From: Eledone cirrhosa | Taxonomy: Eukaryota | Length of the DNA stretch: 64,000 bases | Reading direction: 5' to 3' | NCBI GenBank assembly: GCA_964016885.1 | Contig: OZ024742.1 | Location: 271,746,001-271,810,000 of the forward strand | Shown here: in pieces, positions 41,017-54,329 of the stretch | Numbering within the stretch: the stretch's first letter is position 1 | How the letters are laid out: the number at the start of each line of letters is the position of its first letter | The notes under the pieces: model-generated | Database searches by the model: none | What the model saw: only the letters and a program-made list of their open reading frames with translations | What the model was told of the DNA's origin: nothing | Program-made: the position numbers and the translations under genes

Positions 41017-42416
41017 CTTGGGAACAATTCCTCAGTTTATCGTAAATTCCATTCCACGAACATTATATCATCAATGCAGATCTATATTGTCTGTAAGATG
41101 AGGTGAAAAGTTGACTATAAATATATATATATACAGAAAAAGATTGTGTCCAATATGATAAAATATCTTTTTGAAATTATTATTTCTATTGGTCGTGTTA
41201 GCATTCAATAAGGATTTCGCTATCTCTGTTAGTTTATTCCAATTTTGTGTACATTTAAATGTTACATTTCTTGCTTCTTTTTGTCAAGTCTGGATGTTAT
41301 TGATACGTTTTCAAAACAGCCATGGCAAGATAATGCGCCTCAAAATAAAGAAAGATATTTATCATATTTTATATGATTTGCAATTCTCCTTTGCACGACG
41401 TGTTCAACTTTTCGATGGTCTGAGCTATTTAGAGTTGAGTAGCTGTACAGGATTCTGTACAATGACATTGAATGTAGAAGAATGCTATTTTACTGAAAGT
41501 ATAACATACCATTATACCATAAACAATCACTATTTTTGAAACATTTTGCTCTTGACGTTAATATTTTATGGAAACCAGTTAACCTACGAATATCGTTTGC
41601 ACCGTCCTCTAAATAATATATCGCGCGTAAAATGTATCATTTAAAATAATTTCTGGGAAGGGTGTCATAATTCATTGCCTTATATACCTGAGCATTTGAG
41701 AGTTATAGCTTTCTTCCATCATATTTATCGATCTCCAGCGGGGAAAAAAAACTACTTCGAGTCATACACGATTAGGGTATAGCGTGAGGAGAGACGAAAA
41801 ATACGATGGCAACAATAATAAGAAAGACAATGTAATAACATTATAAGATAAGATTACACCGTTATGAAATTTAAACAAGTCATAATTATCTTTTTGTTGA
41901 ATTCCGTATCATACTCTCCATAATTTTTAAGAAACCACGTTCTTTGCTGAAATATTAATTGTACCTGACATTACGAAATAATCACCGACAGAAATATAAA
42001 TTACCCTATTGACAGCAAGCTCTATGTATTATTTATATGTTGTCGGGTGCATTGAAGCTTTAAAACACGTTAATTATTTACACTGACTGATGACGTGTCA
42101 ACAATAATTGGGCTATAATTTCTGATTATATTGGCAATAGGTCGGACGCTGCCTGTTAACGTTGACACGTCAAGTGATCGCCAAAGCTGAATAATCTGTA
42201 GTTTTCCGTTAAACAATAATGACCCCCGAATTTGACAACTTCGAAAATGATATAAGGCAGTTCTGTCTATATAGAATAGTAATTATATCAAGTGTTAGTT
42301 ATAGTTTTATTTCGATAAACTTCTGTACTTGTTGACAAGGCAATGCCGAACTGGAAATTTAGTTCATTTATTCCATGTCTAAACTCAACACACACACACA
42401 CACATACACTCACATA

Positions 42417-42517
<101 letters not shown>

Positions 42518-42533
42518 ACACACACACACACAT

Positions 42534-42614
<81 letters not shown>

Positions 42615-42615
<1 letters not shown>

Positions 42616-43192
42616 TAGCTAAAGTACCCGTCCTTTGGACGGTTGAAGTAGCTTTCGATGTAGCTCATTAAACTAAACAAAGTAAATTTGAATACATAGA
42701 AGAAAAACGTACTTTATGTAAACATGAAAACCTTAGGCACTATTTCTGCGAAATAATTAATATGTGAGCTCGGTGTCATCCGTTATCCAATGTAACGATA
42801 GAAATCCAGTCTAGGTATACATTTTTTTGACAAGAGTAAAATTGTTTCAAGTACAAAGAGTAAAGTAACATCCGAATGAGCCGAATTGTAATAATCAAAA
42901 TCTCAAAACAAAATTTTTGACATGAAAAATGAGTTCTTATTGTATTGTCGAAAGATAACTCTTGTCTTACTTAATCACGAAAATTGACACAAATAACCGA
43001 ATTTTGTTAATGTCACCAAAGGCCCCAATATCGATTTTTGAAAGCCTTTGTAGATCATGTACAGGTTTTGTGCAGGGAGAAGCTCTGTAAAAAATTTCAA
43101 AGAAATCGCATGAATGGTTTAGAATATATGAGCCCTCATTATAAATTGTCCACACACACACACAGAAAACTTCAGCTTTATATATATACAGA
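42615..43192 (-). mobile_element. Non-autonomous Helitron
   Basis: A|TCTGTATATATATAAAGCTGAAG 5' end; ccgtcc/ggacgg hairpin then CTAG|T 3' end. Confidence 0.75.
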
Positions 43193-43196
43193 TATA

Positions 43197-46100
43197 TCTT
43201 AGGCTTAGATTATTCCGCGCCGTTCGGCGCATGGGGCAGTAAGTACTCGCCAACGGTCACGATCAGCGGCAACATTTTCGAGACCGTGACAAGTGATGTT
43301 GGCTGCCATCATCTCCTTCCGGAACGTTCGTGACCAGGTGATCCTTGGGCAACCCCGCCTCCGTTTACCGCCAGGTGGAGCCCAGTTCATCGCTGTTTTC
43401 GAATGCCGTTCATTTGGCAGACGCAGAATATGGCCAGCCACACGGCACCGTCCACGACTTGGCTCTCCGCAGGTTCTCCTCGTTTCGCACTCAGTCGTGC
43501 CAGGACACACGAAGGATCTTTCGCAAGCACCGCTGGTGGAAAGCGTTCAGCCGTCTCTCTATCTTTGCCGTACACTTCCAGGTCTCGCTCGCATAAAGCA
43601 CTGTCGGCAGCACGATGCTCTTGTACAGGCGGAGCTTGGTCTTGGGGCTAATGCATGAAGAAGGCCAGACTGAAAAACAGCCGCTCCTTTGCCGATCCGA
43701 CAGTTTAGGGTAAGCTCTGCGTCGCCGCTGCTTGTTAGGATGCTGCCCAGATAGGTGAAGTGATCGACTGCCTCGAGGTCCTGTTGGTTGACTCTGATCA
43801 CTCGACTAGTGTTGCTGGCCGTTCTCATGACCTTGGTATTTTTGGTGTTGATTCTCAGGCCGATATTTTCCGCACTCTCTTGTAGGGATGTTGTTAGGGC
43901 CTGCAGATCTGCACTGCTTTCAGCGATCAAAGGAATGTCGTCGGCGAATGCCAAGTCCATCAGTCTCCACTGTCCTCTCTGTGGGATTCCTCGACCGGGT
44001 CCTTCATCCATTCGCCTTAGATGAAGTCGGCTGCCAGCTAGAACAACAGTGGAGAGAGAATGCAACCCTGTCTGACTCCGGAACAATATCAAAGAACTCC
44101 GGTACACCGGACTCAGTCCGCACGCAACAGCTTGAGTTTTCATACAGGGCCTTGAAAATGGCGAATGAATCTTGCAGGAATGTCTTACAGTTGCGCAACA
44201 TTCCACAGTGACTCCCAGTGTACACTGTCGAACGTATTCTGGAAATCAATAAAATTGACCGCCAAAGGCTCTTGTAGCTCAACACATTGTTCGAGAATGT
44301 TGCGTAGTGTAAAAATCTGTTCCGTGCAAGTTCGACTTTTTCGGAAGCCGGCTCGTTCCCCCCAGAGCACAGAGTCGACAGCCTGTCGGAGCCGACGCAG
44401 CCACACAATGTAGAACGCCTTGCCTGAGACTAACAGCAATGTGATACCACGCCAGTTGTTGCAGTCTGCAAGGTTTCCCTTCTTCGGCAGTTTGACGATC
44501 ATGAACCGCGCTTCCACTCAAAGGGAACCTGACCAACTCTCCAGAAATAGTTCATCAACTCTGTCAACGCCGTTATCGTGCTCTTCTCACCGAATTTGAG
44601 CAGCTCAGCAGATATCTCATCCAGTCCACCTGCTTTGCCGTTCCTGAAGTGGCTAATCGCATCTCTCGTCTCTTACTTGGTGATATGGTCCTCGCAGACT
44701 TTGAGTATCTCAGTGGTTGCTGGAGTCTCTGCGGTCAGGTCTATCAGTGTGACCGGATTTGGTTAGTTCAGTGTCTCCCGGAAGTGCTCCATCCATCTCT
44801 GCACCTGTTCCGCTCCAGTGGTCAACGTCTTGCCATTTTTGTCCTTCACTGGCATGCTGGCAGCGCTCGACATTCCTGTCAACTCCCTCACGATGCGGAA
44901 CAGTGCTTTTGTGTCGTTTCGACCAGCATCTTCCTTTGTCTCAGCACCCTTTTTCTCCAGCCAGTAACGTTTGTCCCGCCGGCAGTTTCGCTTTACAAGT
45001 CGGTCGATTTGGCGGTATACGGCATCTCTTTTGTTTTGGTCTTCCTACTATCTGGCATAATCTCGCTCGACTTTTGCCTTTTTTCGTCGTCTATCAATGA
45101 GGACCCACGTTGATGCTTGGATCCATTTTTCCCTCCTCGTTCCTCGTCTTCGGCCAATAGTTTCTTGTTCTGCCTCAGTCACCGCTGTCGTGAACATCGT
45201 CCACTGATCTTCCAGGTCTGCAGCCTCACTCAACTGATGGAATCGGTTGTGTAGCGCCAGTTGGTGCAGTCGCGCTTGACCGGGATACCTCAGCTTCTCC
45301 AGTGCATATGACTCTGGTATTTCCTGTCGTGTCCGTTTCTTCAGGCGCAGCTGACGTTCCGCAAACAGTAGGTGGTGGTCTGAGCTTACGTCCGCGGCAA
45401 GGTACACTCTGACGTCACTTACCGAGGACCGCCAGCGCTGGTTGATGCAGATGTAATCGATCTCGTTTCGGCTTTTCCGGTCCAGACAGTGCCAATTATC
45501 CTTGTGAATCGCCTTGTGTTTGAAATGGGTGTTGCTAATGCACAAGCTGTTGATGGCTCAACACTGCTGCAGTTTCTGGCCGTTGTCCGTGGTGACCGCA
45601 GCTGAACCGAATGGCCCAGTGACCTGTTCCAGTCCCTGTCTGTTGCAGCCAATCTGAACGTTGAAATCACCGATCAGTAGTTTAATGTCATGGCTGGGCA
45701 AGTTATTAAATGTGTCCTGCAGCTGTTCGTAGAAGGCGTCCTTGTCGAACACGGTCGCGACATTAATCGGTGCGTAGCCCTGAAAAACAGTGATTTTAGC
45801 ATGTCCACTTTGAAAACGGGAGGTTATGATGCGCTCGCTGACTGGCTCCCATCCGATCAATGCTCGAGCTCCTCGGGCGCCAAGCACAAGTCCAACGCCA
45901 TGAACGTGACTGTCTTGGTGCCAGAGTAAAGCAGAGCTGTGTCTCCGCTGCCACTCATCTTTCCGCTGCCGGTCCAGCGCATTTCACTCACGCCCAGAAT
46001 GTCCAGCTGGTAGTGGTCGAACACGCGAAGTAGCTGAGCCAGCTTTTCTTCCTGGTATAGTGTACGTAGGTTCCAAGTTCCAATTCGCATCTTTGTTTTG

Positions 46101-46379
46101 GTGCTCAGAATCCGGTTCATCGGAAGCCCAACGTCCTTTCGGCTTTGGTTGAGGTCCGTCAAGAGTGGAGTGTTTCCCAGGCCTTCATACTTACGCCGAT
46201 CATTTTTGTTTTTTTCGGCTTTTGTTGCTGTTTCTTTAGCAGTTACAATTTTTACAGCAGTGCCAGGCTGCTAACCTGACGCATGTCGCCTGTATTTGCC
46301 GGTTCTTTGCCCACTGAGATTAGTGGTTGGCACCCATTCGCCACGATAAGGCGTCCGGCGAGACCAGGTGACTCATCAG

Positions 46380-46382
<3 letters not shown>
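43197..46382 (-). mobile_element. Nearly full-length decayed RTE-clade LINE (APE endonuclease plus RT)
   Basis: MRIGTWNLRTL, LGVSEMRW, GDFNVQIG, SDHHL, CNNWRGITLL, AGFRKSRTC, LAFADDI, FTYLGS, GHILR, GKRRRGCPR. Confidence 0.92.
46298..46372 (-). ncRNA. Candidate HDV-like ribozyme at the RTE 5' end
   Basis: P2 gccgg/ccggc, P3 cgcc-TTATCGT-ggcg, P4 ccact/agtgg, J4/2 gCAAAGAA; P1 imperfect. Confidence 0.55.
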
Positions 46383-46441
<59 letters not shown>

Positions 46442-46443
<2 letters not shown>

Positions 46444-47337
46444 AGGTGTGTCAGAAAAGTTTCAGGACTGATGTCACAAAAGATTTATTTCAAGCCCAAA
46501 CTTCACACTAAGAGTTTTCTCCTTCAAAGTAATCCACCTGGAGTATGTAACTGTAATCTTAGCTCTGTGCAGCGATTACACTTTTTTCTTTGTAATTTTA
46601 TATACATGTCCTCTGTTTCAGGTCGTCAAGCAATGAGCACAGAGCAACGAACAAACTTGAAAACTCCGTCAGTAGCACTGGGATTGCTGCAGCAAGTGTA
46701 TGGAGATGAGATGATGTCACGGTCACGTGTTTTTGAGTGGTGAAAGAGCTTTAAAGAAGGACGCGAGGACGTGGAAGATGACCCCAGTAGCGGAAGGCCC
46801 TCAACAACCAGGACTGAGGTCAACGTTGATCGCGTTAGGCAGATGGTGCGTAGCGATCATTGGCTGACTGTTCGACTGATGGCAAATGAGCTGGGCATGA
46901 ATCGGGACAGCGTCTGGAAGATTCTCACTGAAGATTTGGACATGCGGATAGTCTTCGCGAAGATGGTGCCAAAACTGCTGAACAATGACCAGAAGGGTCG
47001 ACGCATGCATGTGTACCGGGAGATCCTCGAGCGTCTTGAAACCGAACCAGACTTGCTAGGGACGGTCATCACCGGTGATGAATCATGGATCTTCGAATAC
47101 TACCCGGAGGGGACAAGTTTTGAAGACGAGGACGGCATCAAAACGGCCGTGACGACGGAACTGCAGAGGATCCCGGAAGAATCCTTCCATGAGTGCATGC
47201 AAGCGTGGCAGAAAAGGATGGAAAACTGCATTAGACTCCAGGGGGATTACTTTGAATGAGAACACTCTAAGTGTGAAGTTTGAGTTTGAAATAAATCTTT
47301 TGTGACCTCAGTCCTTGAACGTTTCTAACACACCTCG
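46442..47337 (+). mobile_element. Internally deleted mariner transposon with ~100-bp inverted termini, TA-flanked
   Basis: VYGDE.MSRSRVFEW, EDDPSSGRP, VPKLL, ITGDESW joined directly to the C-terminal GDYFE; remaining catalytic Asp region absent. Confidence 0.92.
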
Positions 47338-47408
<71 letters not shown>

Positions 47409-47487
47409 ATGTATGTGTTTGTGTGTGTATGTATGTGTGTGTGTATATGTATGTATGTGTGTGTGTGTGTGTGTGTGTAGGTATGTA

Positions 47488-47531
<44 letters not shown>

Positions 47532-48497
47532 GTTAGGATATATATGTATATATATATATATAGTTAACAAAGCAGAAAATTGCTTATTGTAATCCAGTTC
47601 GTGGTTAAAATTATGTGTCTCTGACGGTTTCCAACGTACGGTTAGGGGTAACTCCACAAGTTTGAAAGAATGTGGTTAGTAAATCACGTTCAATCTTGGT
47701 GTATAAAGAATATAAGAGAAAATACAGGTAAGCATTAGAAAAAGGATTTTATCCAGGTATTTACGACCGTTTCATTGGTAAGCGCAACCTTATATCGCTA
47801 TACTGCAAATAGCAGCCACTCGATAATAACTGTTATTCTCGTTCAAATTTTCAAAATAATGAATAAGTTACTTTTAAAAGGTTCTTAATATATAAAAAAA
47901 CATTTTTTTGGAATCGTATTTACTAGTATAGAGAGAGAGGAAGGGGAAGAAGAATTAGGAAGTAGAGTGACAAACGGGGATGGAGGGAGAGGTAAAGGTG
48001 GAAGGATTCCTCGATCAGTTTTGATTCGTAGACTTGATATTGTCAATTTACAGTGTAGAGAGTTAAAGAGAATTAAATTGTTTATAGTGGGAGGCTGAAA
48101 TTTATGTGTGTTGGATTCTTATATAATTCCAGTAATTAAGCATACAGTGTATTGAAAAATGCACTTTTATATACATTCATATATATATATCGCTATTTCA
48201 GAGCACCAATTCTAATTTCAATTTCCGCTGGACCGGCGAGAGCTCTGTATAATCAGTTCCTCATTATTACTGGAATTCTATAAGAGTCCAACACACATAG
48301 CTTTCAGCAAACAGGAGGAATATTGAGTTTTGATAAGTACCAAAAATACGAAACAGAGCTCTGTCAGTTTATCTCCCCTGTTAGCTGAAAATTTAAACAA
48401 GTGACATTGTCACCATTCTAAAACAATAGCGTATGGTATTCAAAATACTTTTAATTAAGCATACAGTGTACTGCAAAATACACTCTATATACATTCA

Positions 48498-48542
<45 letters not shown>

Positions 48543-48582
48543 AAACGAAAAATCAGTGATGCATCTGGACTCAATGTATTGT

Positions 48583-48670
48583 GTGTTACAATTGTTTCGC
48601 CTACAGAGAGCTCGTGGCACAATCATTGTATGGATCTGTCTGATTCTAGAACTGTAAGCTCGACGGACAC
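48583..48670 (-). ncRNA. Degenerate long-stem-II hammerhead, family G pLTR fragment
   Basis: gtgt-CCGTCGA-gcttacag...ctgtaggc-GAAAC AATT GTA-acac; homolog of 56694-56781. Confidence 0.55.
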
Positions 48671-49330
48671 TTGCAATAATTTCGGAGACATATAAAAACA
48701 TATGCACATATTGACCCACAGTGGGATGACATCCATCAAAATGATATAGCATGGCAATTTACATATAAAGGTTAAAGGATAAAAATAAAAATAAAAATAA
48801 AAATAAAAATAAAAATAAAAATAAACTTTCCTATTGCTTTATCTTCATAAACTGCCAATGCTTCATTTTTATTTTTATTTTTATTTTTATCCTTTAACCT
48901 TTATATGTAAATTGCCATGCTATATCATTTTGATGGATGTCATCCCACTGTGGGTCAATATGTGCATATGTTTTTATATGTCTCTTGTGTTGAAAAGGAG
49001 GTCAAGTATGTTATAGATCACTAAATAGTTGCTCCGAATAAACCAAACCTCGCTTTGGAGGAAACAATTGTAAGCAAATACATTTTTTAAACTGAACTTT
49101 GATTATTGTAATCTCTATATAACTGCTCTGTAAAACAACTGATGTTATTACATTGAGCTATTTATCTTACTGGTTATAAGATAGTAATTAATGACTATCT
49201 TTTACTATTTAGGGTTTGTATAAAAAATATATAACCATAAAAGGTTTTATTACATACATAACCGTAAATAGTATCCTTAATACTAATAACTGCTCCATAT
49301 TGTTGAGCTGATGGACAATAAATTACCAGC

Positions 49331-51990
49331 ATGCTGATCAAAGACCAACTCCCTATGTCAACCAAGAACATACCTATACCACCCAAACATACATATGAAC
49401 AGTTGTTGATCGACAGTGTAAACTCCTTTATCAATAGAGTGAGGTGGAGGACATTCCATTATGATAAAAACAAATCTAGCAAGGATAATAATTGTTTCTA
49501 CTTTTGGCACAAGGCCAGCAATTACCCAGTGCATTACTGGTACTTTATTTTATCGACCCTGTAAGGATGAAAGGCAAAGTTAACCTCGGCAGGATTTGAA
49601 CCCAGATCAGAAAGGGGCGTAACTCTGTGCTACAAAGCATGTTGTCCGACCCTCTACCGATACTGCCAAACCACCACAATACCAACAAATTTGACTCATT
49701 CGGCTTTAAAACCTTTAGAAGCCCCCCCTCATAATACACTACTAAACCACTTCGAAAATGACCTAATAAAACTAGTTAAGAATATTAAATACAAAAAACA
49801 CCGTAATAAAAACAACACCTTCTTAAACAAACTTAGCACCTCTATTAATGATTTCAAAACTAGTAGTAAAATGTGTGTACATGCCGACAAAGCTAATAAC
49901 ATATACAGCCTAGATTATAATACTTATAGAAAGTTTATATATAATGAACTACATAAAAGCTACAAGAAAACCAATATGAAAAACTTAGAAGATATTAATA
50001 TGGAAGGCTATAATATAGTATCCAAACTAGGGCTCCAGAGACATACACAACCTTATACCCTAAACCCCCCTAGATTCTCTCTGAAAGACCATAAGGAGGA
50101 CTTCATTAGCAACCTCTCGATTAGACTCATCTGCCCCTCCAAGTCTGACATTGGCATTATCAGTAAAACATTCTAGATAAAATCATCCCACAGATTAAAC
50201 ACAAGATTTACCTTAAACAATCGGGAAATACGGGTGAAGTGATTGAATGGTTCAAAAATATCAAAGATAACAAGGATAAAAAATGTATTCAATTTGATAT
50301 CAATTCTTACTACACCTCTATTTCCCCTATCCTATTAAATAAGGCACTTATAATGGCCATAGACAATAGTGACCTGACTAGACCCCAGATTGATGTCATA
50401 CTTGCCGCCCGTAAAACACTAATCACATTTGAAGACCAATTATGGACCCGCAAAGATACGCAAAACAACTTCGACATTACCATAGGGTCTAGTGACTCGG
50501 CACAGGTCACTGATTTAGTCGGCCTATATTTACTTAACCAAATCCATAAGGACCTTCCTTACCTCAGCGGTGGTTTGTATCGCGACGATGCACTTCTACT
50601 TATAGATTATAAAAAATTCAATATAGAAAGAACTAGAAAACTATTGCACAAAACATTCAAAAACTATAACCTTAGTATTACCATGGACAAAAATACCAAA
50701 AACGTCAACTTCCTAGACGCCACACTCTACCTAGACTCAATGATATATGCACCTTTCTACAAACCTAATGAAAAATTCATCTATGTTGATGCCAAGTCTA
50801 ACCACCCTAGATCTATATTAAACTCTATCTCTAAGGGAGTATCTAATAGAATCTCTAATCTATCCTATGACATAAACACATTTGACAATAACTCGCAATA
50901 TTATAATCAGGCATTAGCTAGATCAGGCCATAATACAGGGATAGAGTTCCTACCTACAAAAACGCATAGCTACAACATTATTTCACACAACATGTCCATG
51001 AGAAAATTTAATAATAGGAATAGCAACCACACACACACTAATAGAGATGATAACAACAAAAGTAACCCACACCACAGAAATTACCATAGTAACATAAAAG
51101 AAAACAAATCACCAGACATAAAAAACAGAAATAGAAGAAGAAATAATACATTGTTCAACCCTCCTTTCAATCTAAACGTCTCTATCAACCTACCTAGGGC
51201 TTTTTTCTCACTACTGGATAAACACTTCCCATCCGGCCACAAGTACCATAGCCTTTTAAATAAAAACACTATTAAAATCTCATACTCTACTACGCCTAAC
51301 TTAGCATACCACATAGCTAGTAACAATAAAAGAACAATTAATTCTTACTTCCAACAAACTAAATCACAACAGACGATAAACCTTCAAAATAACATTCAAA
51401 ATAACATTATAGCAACTAACCATAATATCAATAGAAATAATAGTATTAGTACTAGTGTAAACATTAACGCTGCGAACGACAATCCACATAACCATAACCC
51501 CATAGCTAACATCAAAACTTCTACACACCATATTAACCGGCAGACTAACACCCAGAATAATTGTAACTGTAGATCAAATAGAACCTGCCCTTTAGATAAA
51601 AAAAAATGCTTAACCAAGGATATCATATACTCATGTACAGTCACAAGTAACAACTCTTCTGAAACCTATATAGGTTCTACTTCTAACTGCTTTAAAACTA
51701 GATACAATTCGCACCTCCACTCTTTCAAAAAACACAGTCTAGCCAACTCCACTTCACTATCTAGCTACATACATTATCTAAAAACTAAAATAAAATATAT
51801 ACACTTAAATGGGAAGTGGTAGGTAGTGCAACATCGTACAAACCACCTAATAAATTGTGTAACCTCTGTCTACTAGAGACCCATACTATCATCTTCTCTA
51901 ACCATAATCTCCTTAATAAAAACCAGAAGTGTTCGCATCTTGCCAACACCGCTTCCGACACTCTTTCCAAAACTTTAAACCCTATATATA
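49331..51990 (+). pseudogene. PLE RT-endonuclease, SINE-interrupted and frameshifted
   Basis: MLIKDQLPMSTKNIP..., LYRDDAL, CNCRSNRTCPL, YIGST, CNLCLLE. Confidence 0.93.
49491..49676 (-). mobile_element. tRNA-derived octopod-type SINE inserted in the PLE ORF
   Basis: Absent from the aligned position of the 13857 ORF; B-box GGGTTCAAATCC followed by gaggttaactttgcctttcatcc core. Confidence 0.85.
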
Positions 51991-53962
51991 ACAATGTCAG
52001 ACTGGAACCGTCACCACCCCTAGCAATTAGCATTAGTAGCACACCTTACACCTCATCTCCACACCCATTTATATACTCTAAAACTAATAGTGGCAACATT
52101 ATAGTACCATCTACCCTGGAGATACCCCCATGTACTTCTAATTCTGATATCTTGGCCGTGGATTACTTAAACTGCATTGCACAAGTATATGATTAATATA
52201 AACTGTAAACACTTAATTGGTTGCGCTAACATAATCCTGTGCATGGAGTGCCACCATGAGATAGTTTGATGATTAATTAAGTAATCTCATTATTATGTGA
52301 CTATATATTCTATACGATGAGTACAATGAATTATGCACAGGTGATACATGAGTTAAGAGTTTCTGTGTTGCTTGATGACCTGATTAGTATCTTTTGATGA
52401 GAGAACTGGTCCCCGGACCACCCTGGTGATATTTGAATTTACCAGAGATGCAGTCATACAATGACCCGAAACTTGCCGGGAGTCTTGTATGATAATAAGA
52501 CCCTTATTAGTAATAAAACCCTTATTAGTAGTGAGACCCACATAATTAATTTTGAAGTATGACTCTTCCTATAGATTGTCCAGGTGTGGCACTCCATATT
52601 AGATTGTAATCATCATGATATGAACTCCTTTAGTTCTTATTAATAGACTCCACACTAATTTGTAGATAAGATACCTAATTTAATTTATATATGAGATGGG
52701 AGTTTATGTATTGCTTGATGGCCAGACTGGTGTCTTTATATGAGAGAATTGATCTCCGGACCACCCTGGAGATATTCAAATTTGCCAAGGATTCAGACAT
52801 ACAATGACCCAGAGCTTACCGGGAGTCATATATAATAATAGGACCATGCCAGGTCCTGCGGGTGGAATACACTTACAAAGAACATTTATTTGGGGGTCTG
52901 ACTCTTCTTATAGAATGTTCAGATATGACACCCCTTAATAGAAGGTAATCTTCCTGATATATACACCTTTAGTACTGCTTAACAGACTACACTGTAACCT
53001 ATAGATAAGTAACATAATCTAGAAATTAGTTATAACATCATATGATAGGCACTTATTGGAAACACCATTAATGTAATTTAGGATAATAAATTTAACTAAG
53101 AAAACCAGCTAGTTACCTCCCCTTACGCATTAACTCCCCTTGGTCACACACACACTTCCGGAATATAATATCATCACACAAAACTAAACAACATGATCTA
53201 TTAATTTAGAATCGACAAGATATGGTTTATAACTTGGTTATATGCTGAACCATCGTGGATTATATGATAGAACCCGGTCTATATATTGCGTCTCATGGAT
53301 TATGTGAGTGGTGGGTGTGCGAAGACAGTGGCACTGTTTTGCATACGCTATAATATGTTTTATAATATGTTTGATATTTTTGATATTTTGGTGTTTCTCT
53401 ACATTCGGGATTGTATATCATACAGGTGCATGCGAAAAAATAATTTAACAATTCCGCCCACATAATACTATCGATTGCCTGCTTCAACTGCCTGACCCTG
53501 CAAGTAACAATCTGCCGTACTCTAATCCTGTATAAATAAGACATGCGTGCAGGCTACACGTGAGATTGTTTCATACACTGACTACACTAAACTTTCCTCA
53601 TGCTTTATCTTCATAAACTGCCAATGCTTCATTTTTATTTTTATTTTTATTTTTATTTTTATTTTTATTTTTATTTTTATTTTTATTTTTATTTTTATTT
53701 TTATTTTTATTTTTATTTTTATTTTTATTTTTATCCTTTAACCTTTATATGTAAATTGCCATGCTATATCATTTTGATGGATGTCAGCCCACTGTGGGTC
53801 AATATGTGCATATGTTTTTATATATCTCTTGTGTTGAAAAGGAGGTCAAGCATGTTATAGATCACTAAATAACGCGCAATAAATAACGCGAAGAAACCAA
53901 ACCCCGGTTTGGAGGAAACAATTGTAAGCAAATAAATGATTTAAACTGAACTTTGATTATTG

Positions 53963-54035
<73 letters not shown>

Positions 54036-54173
54036 TATATATATATATACATATATATACACACATATAAAAACAATAAGATAAATATACAATACATCCA
54101 TACACATTCAAGTAACATATACATATATATATATATATATACATACACATACATATACACGCACACACATATG

Positions 54174-54240
<67 letters not shown>

Positions 54241-54253
54241 CCCTACATACACA

Positions 54254-54326
<73 letters not shown>

Positions 54327-54329
54327 GCC

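Larger units (their letters stand above)
48685..53966 (+). mobile_element. Second, older full-length family F-related PLE: inverted pLTR piece (~48685-48822), 5' pLTR from 48823, 3' pLTR 53589-53966
   Basis: Protein highly similar to 13857-16317; pLTRs carry degenerate hammerheads at 49029-49077 (CCGAATA) and 53888-53930 (GCGAAGA). Confidence 0.93.

Noticed and set aside
41171-41539. 122-aa ORF
   Set aside because: TTG start, no recognisable domain, AT-rich chance ORF
46371-46382. CTGATGAG at the RTE 5' end
   Set aside because: No matching GAAA; region fits an HDV-like fold better
47755-47775. GAAACGGTCGTA on the minus strand, hammerhead 3' half
   Set aside because: 5' core not found; not counted as a full motif
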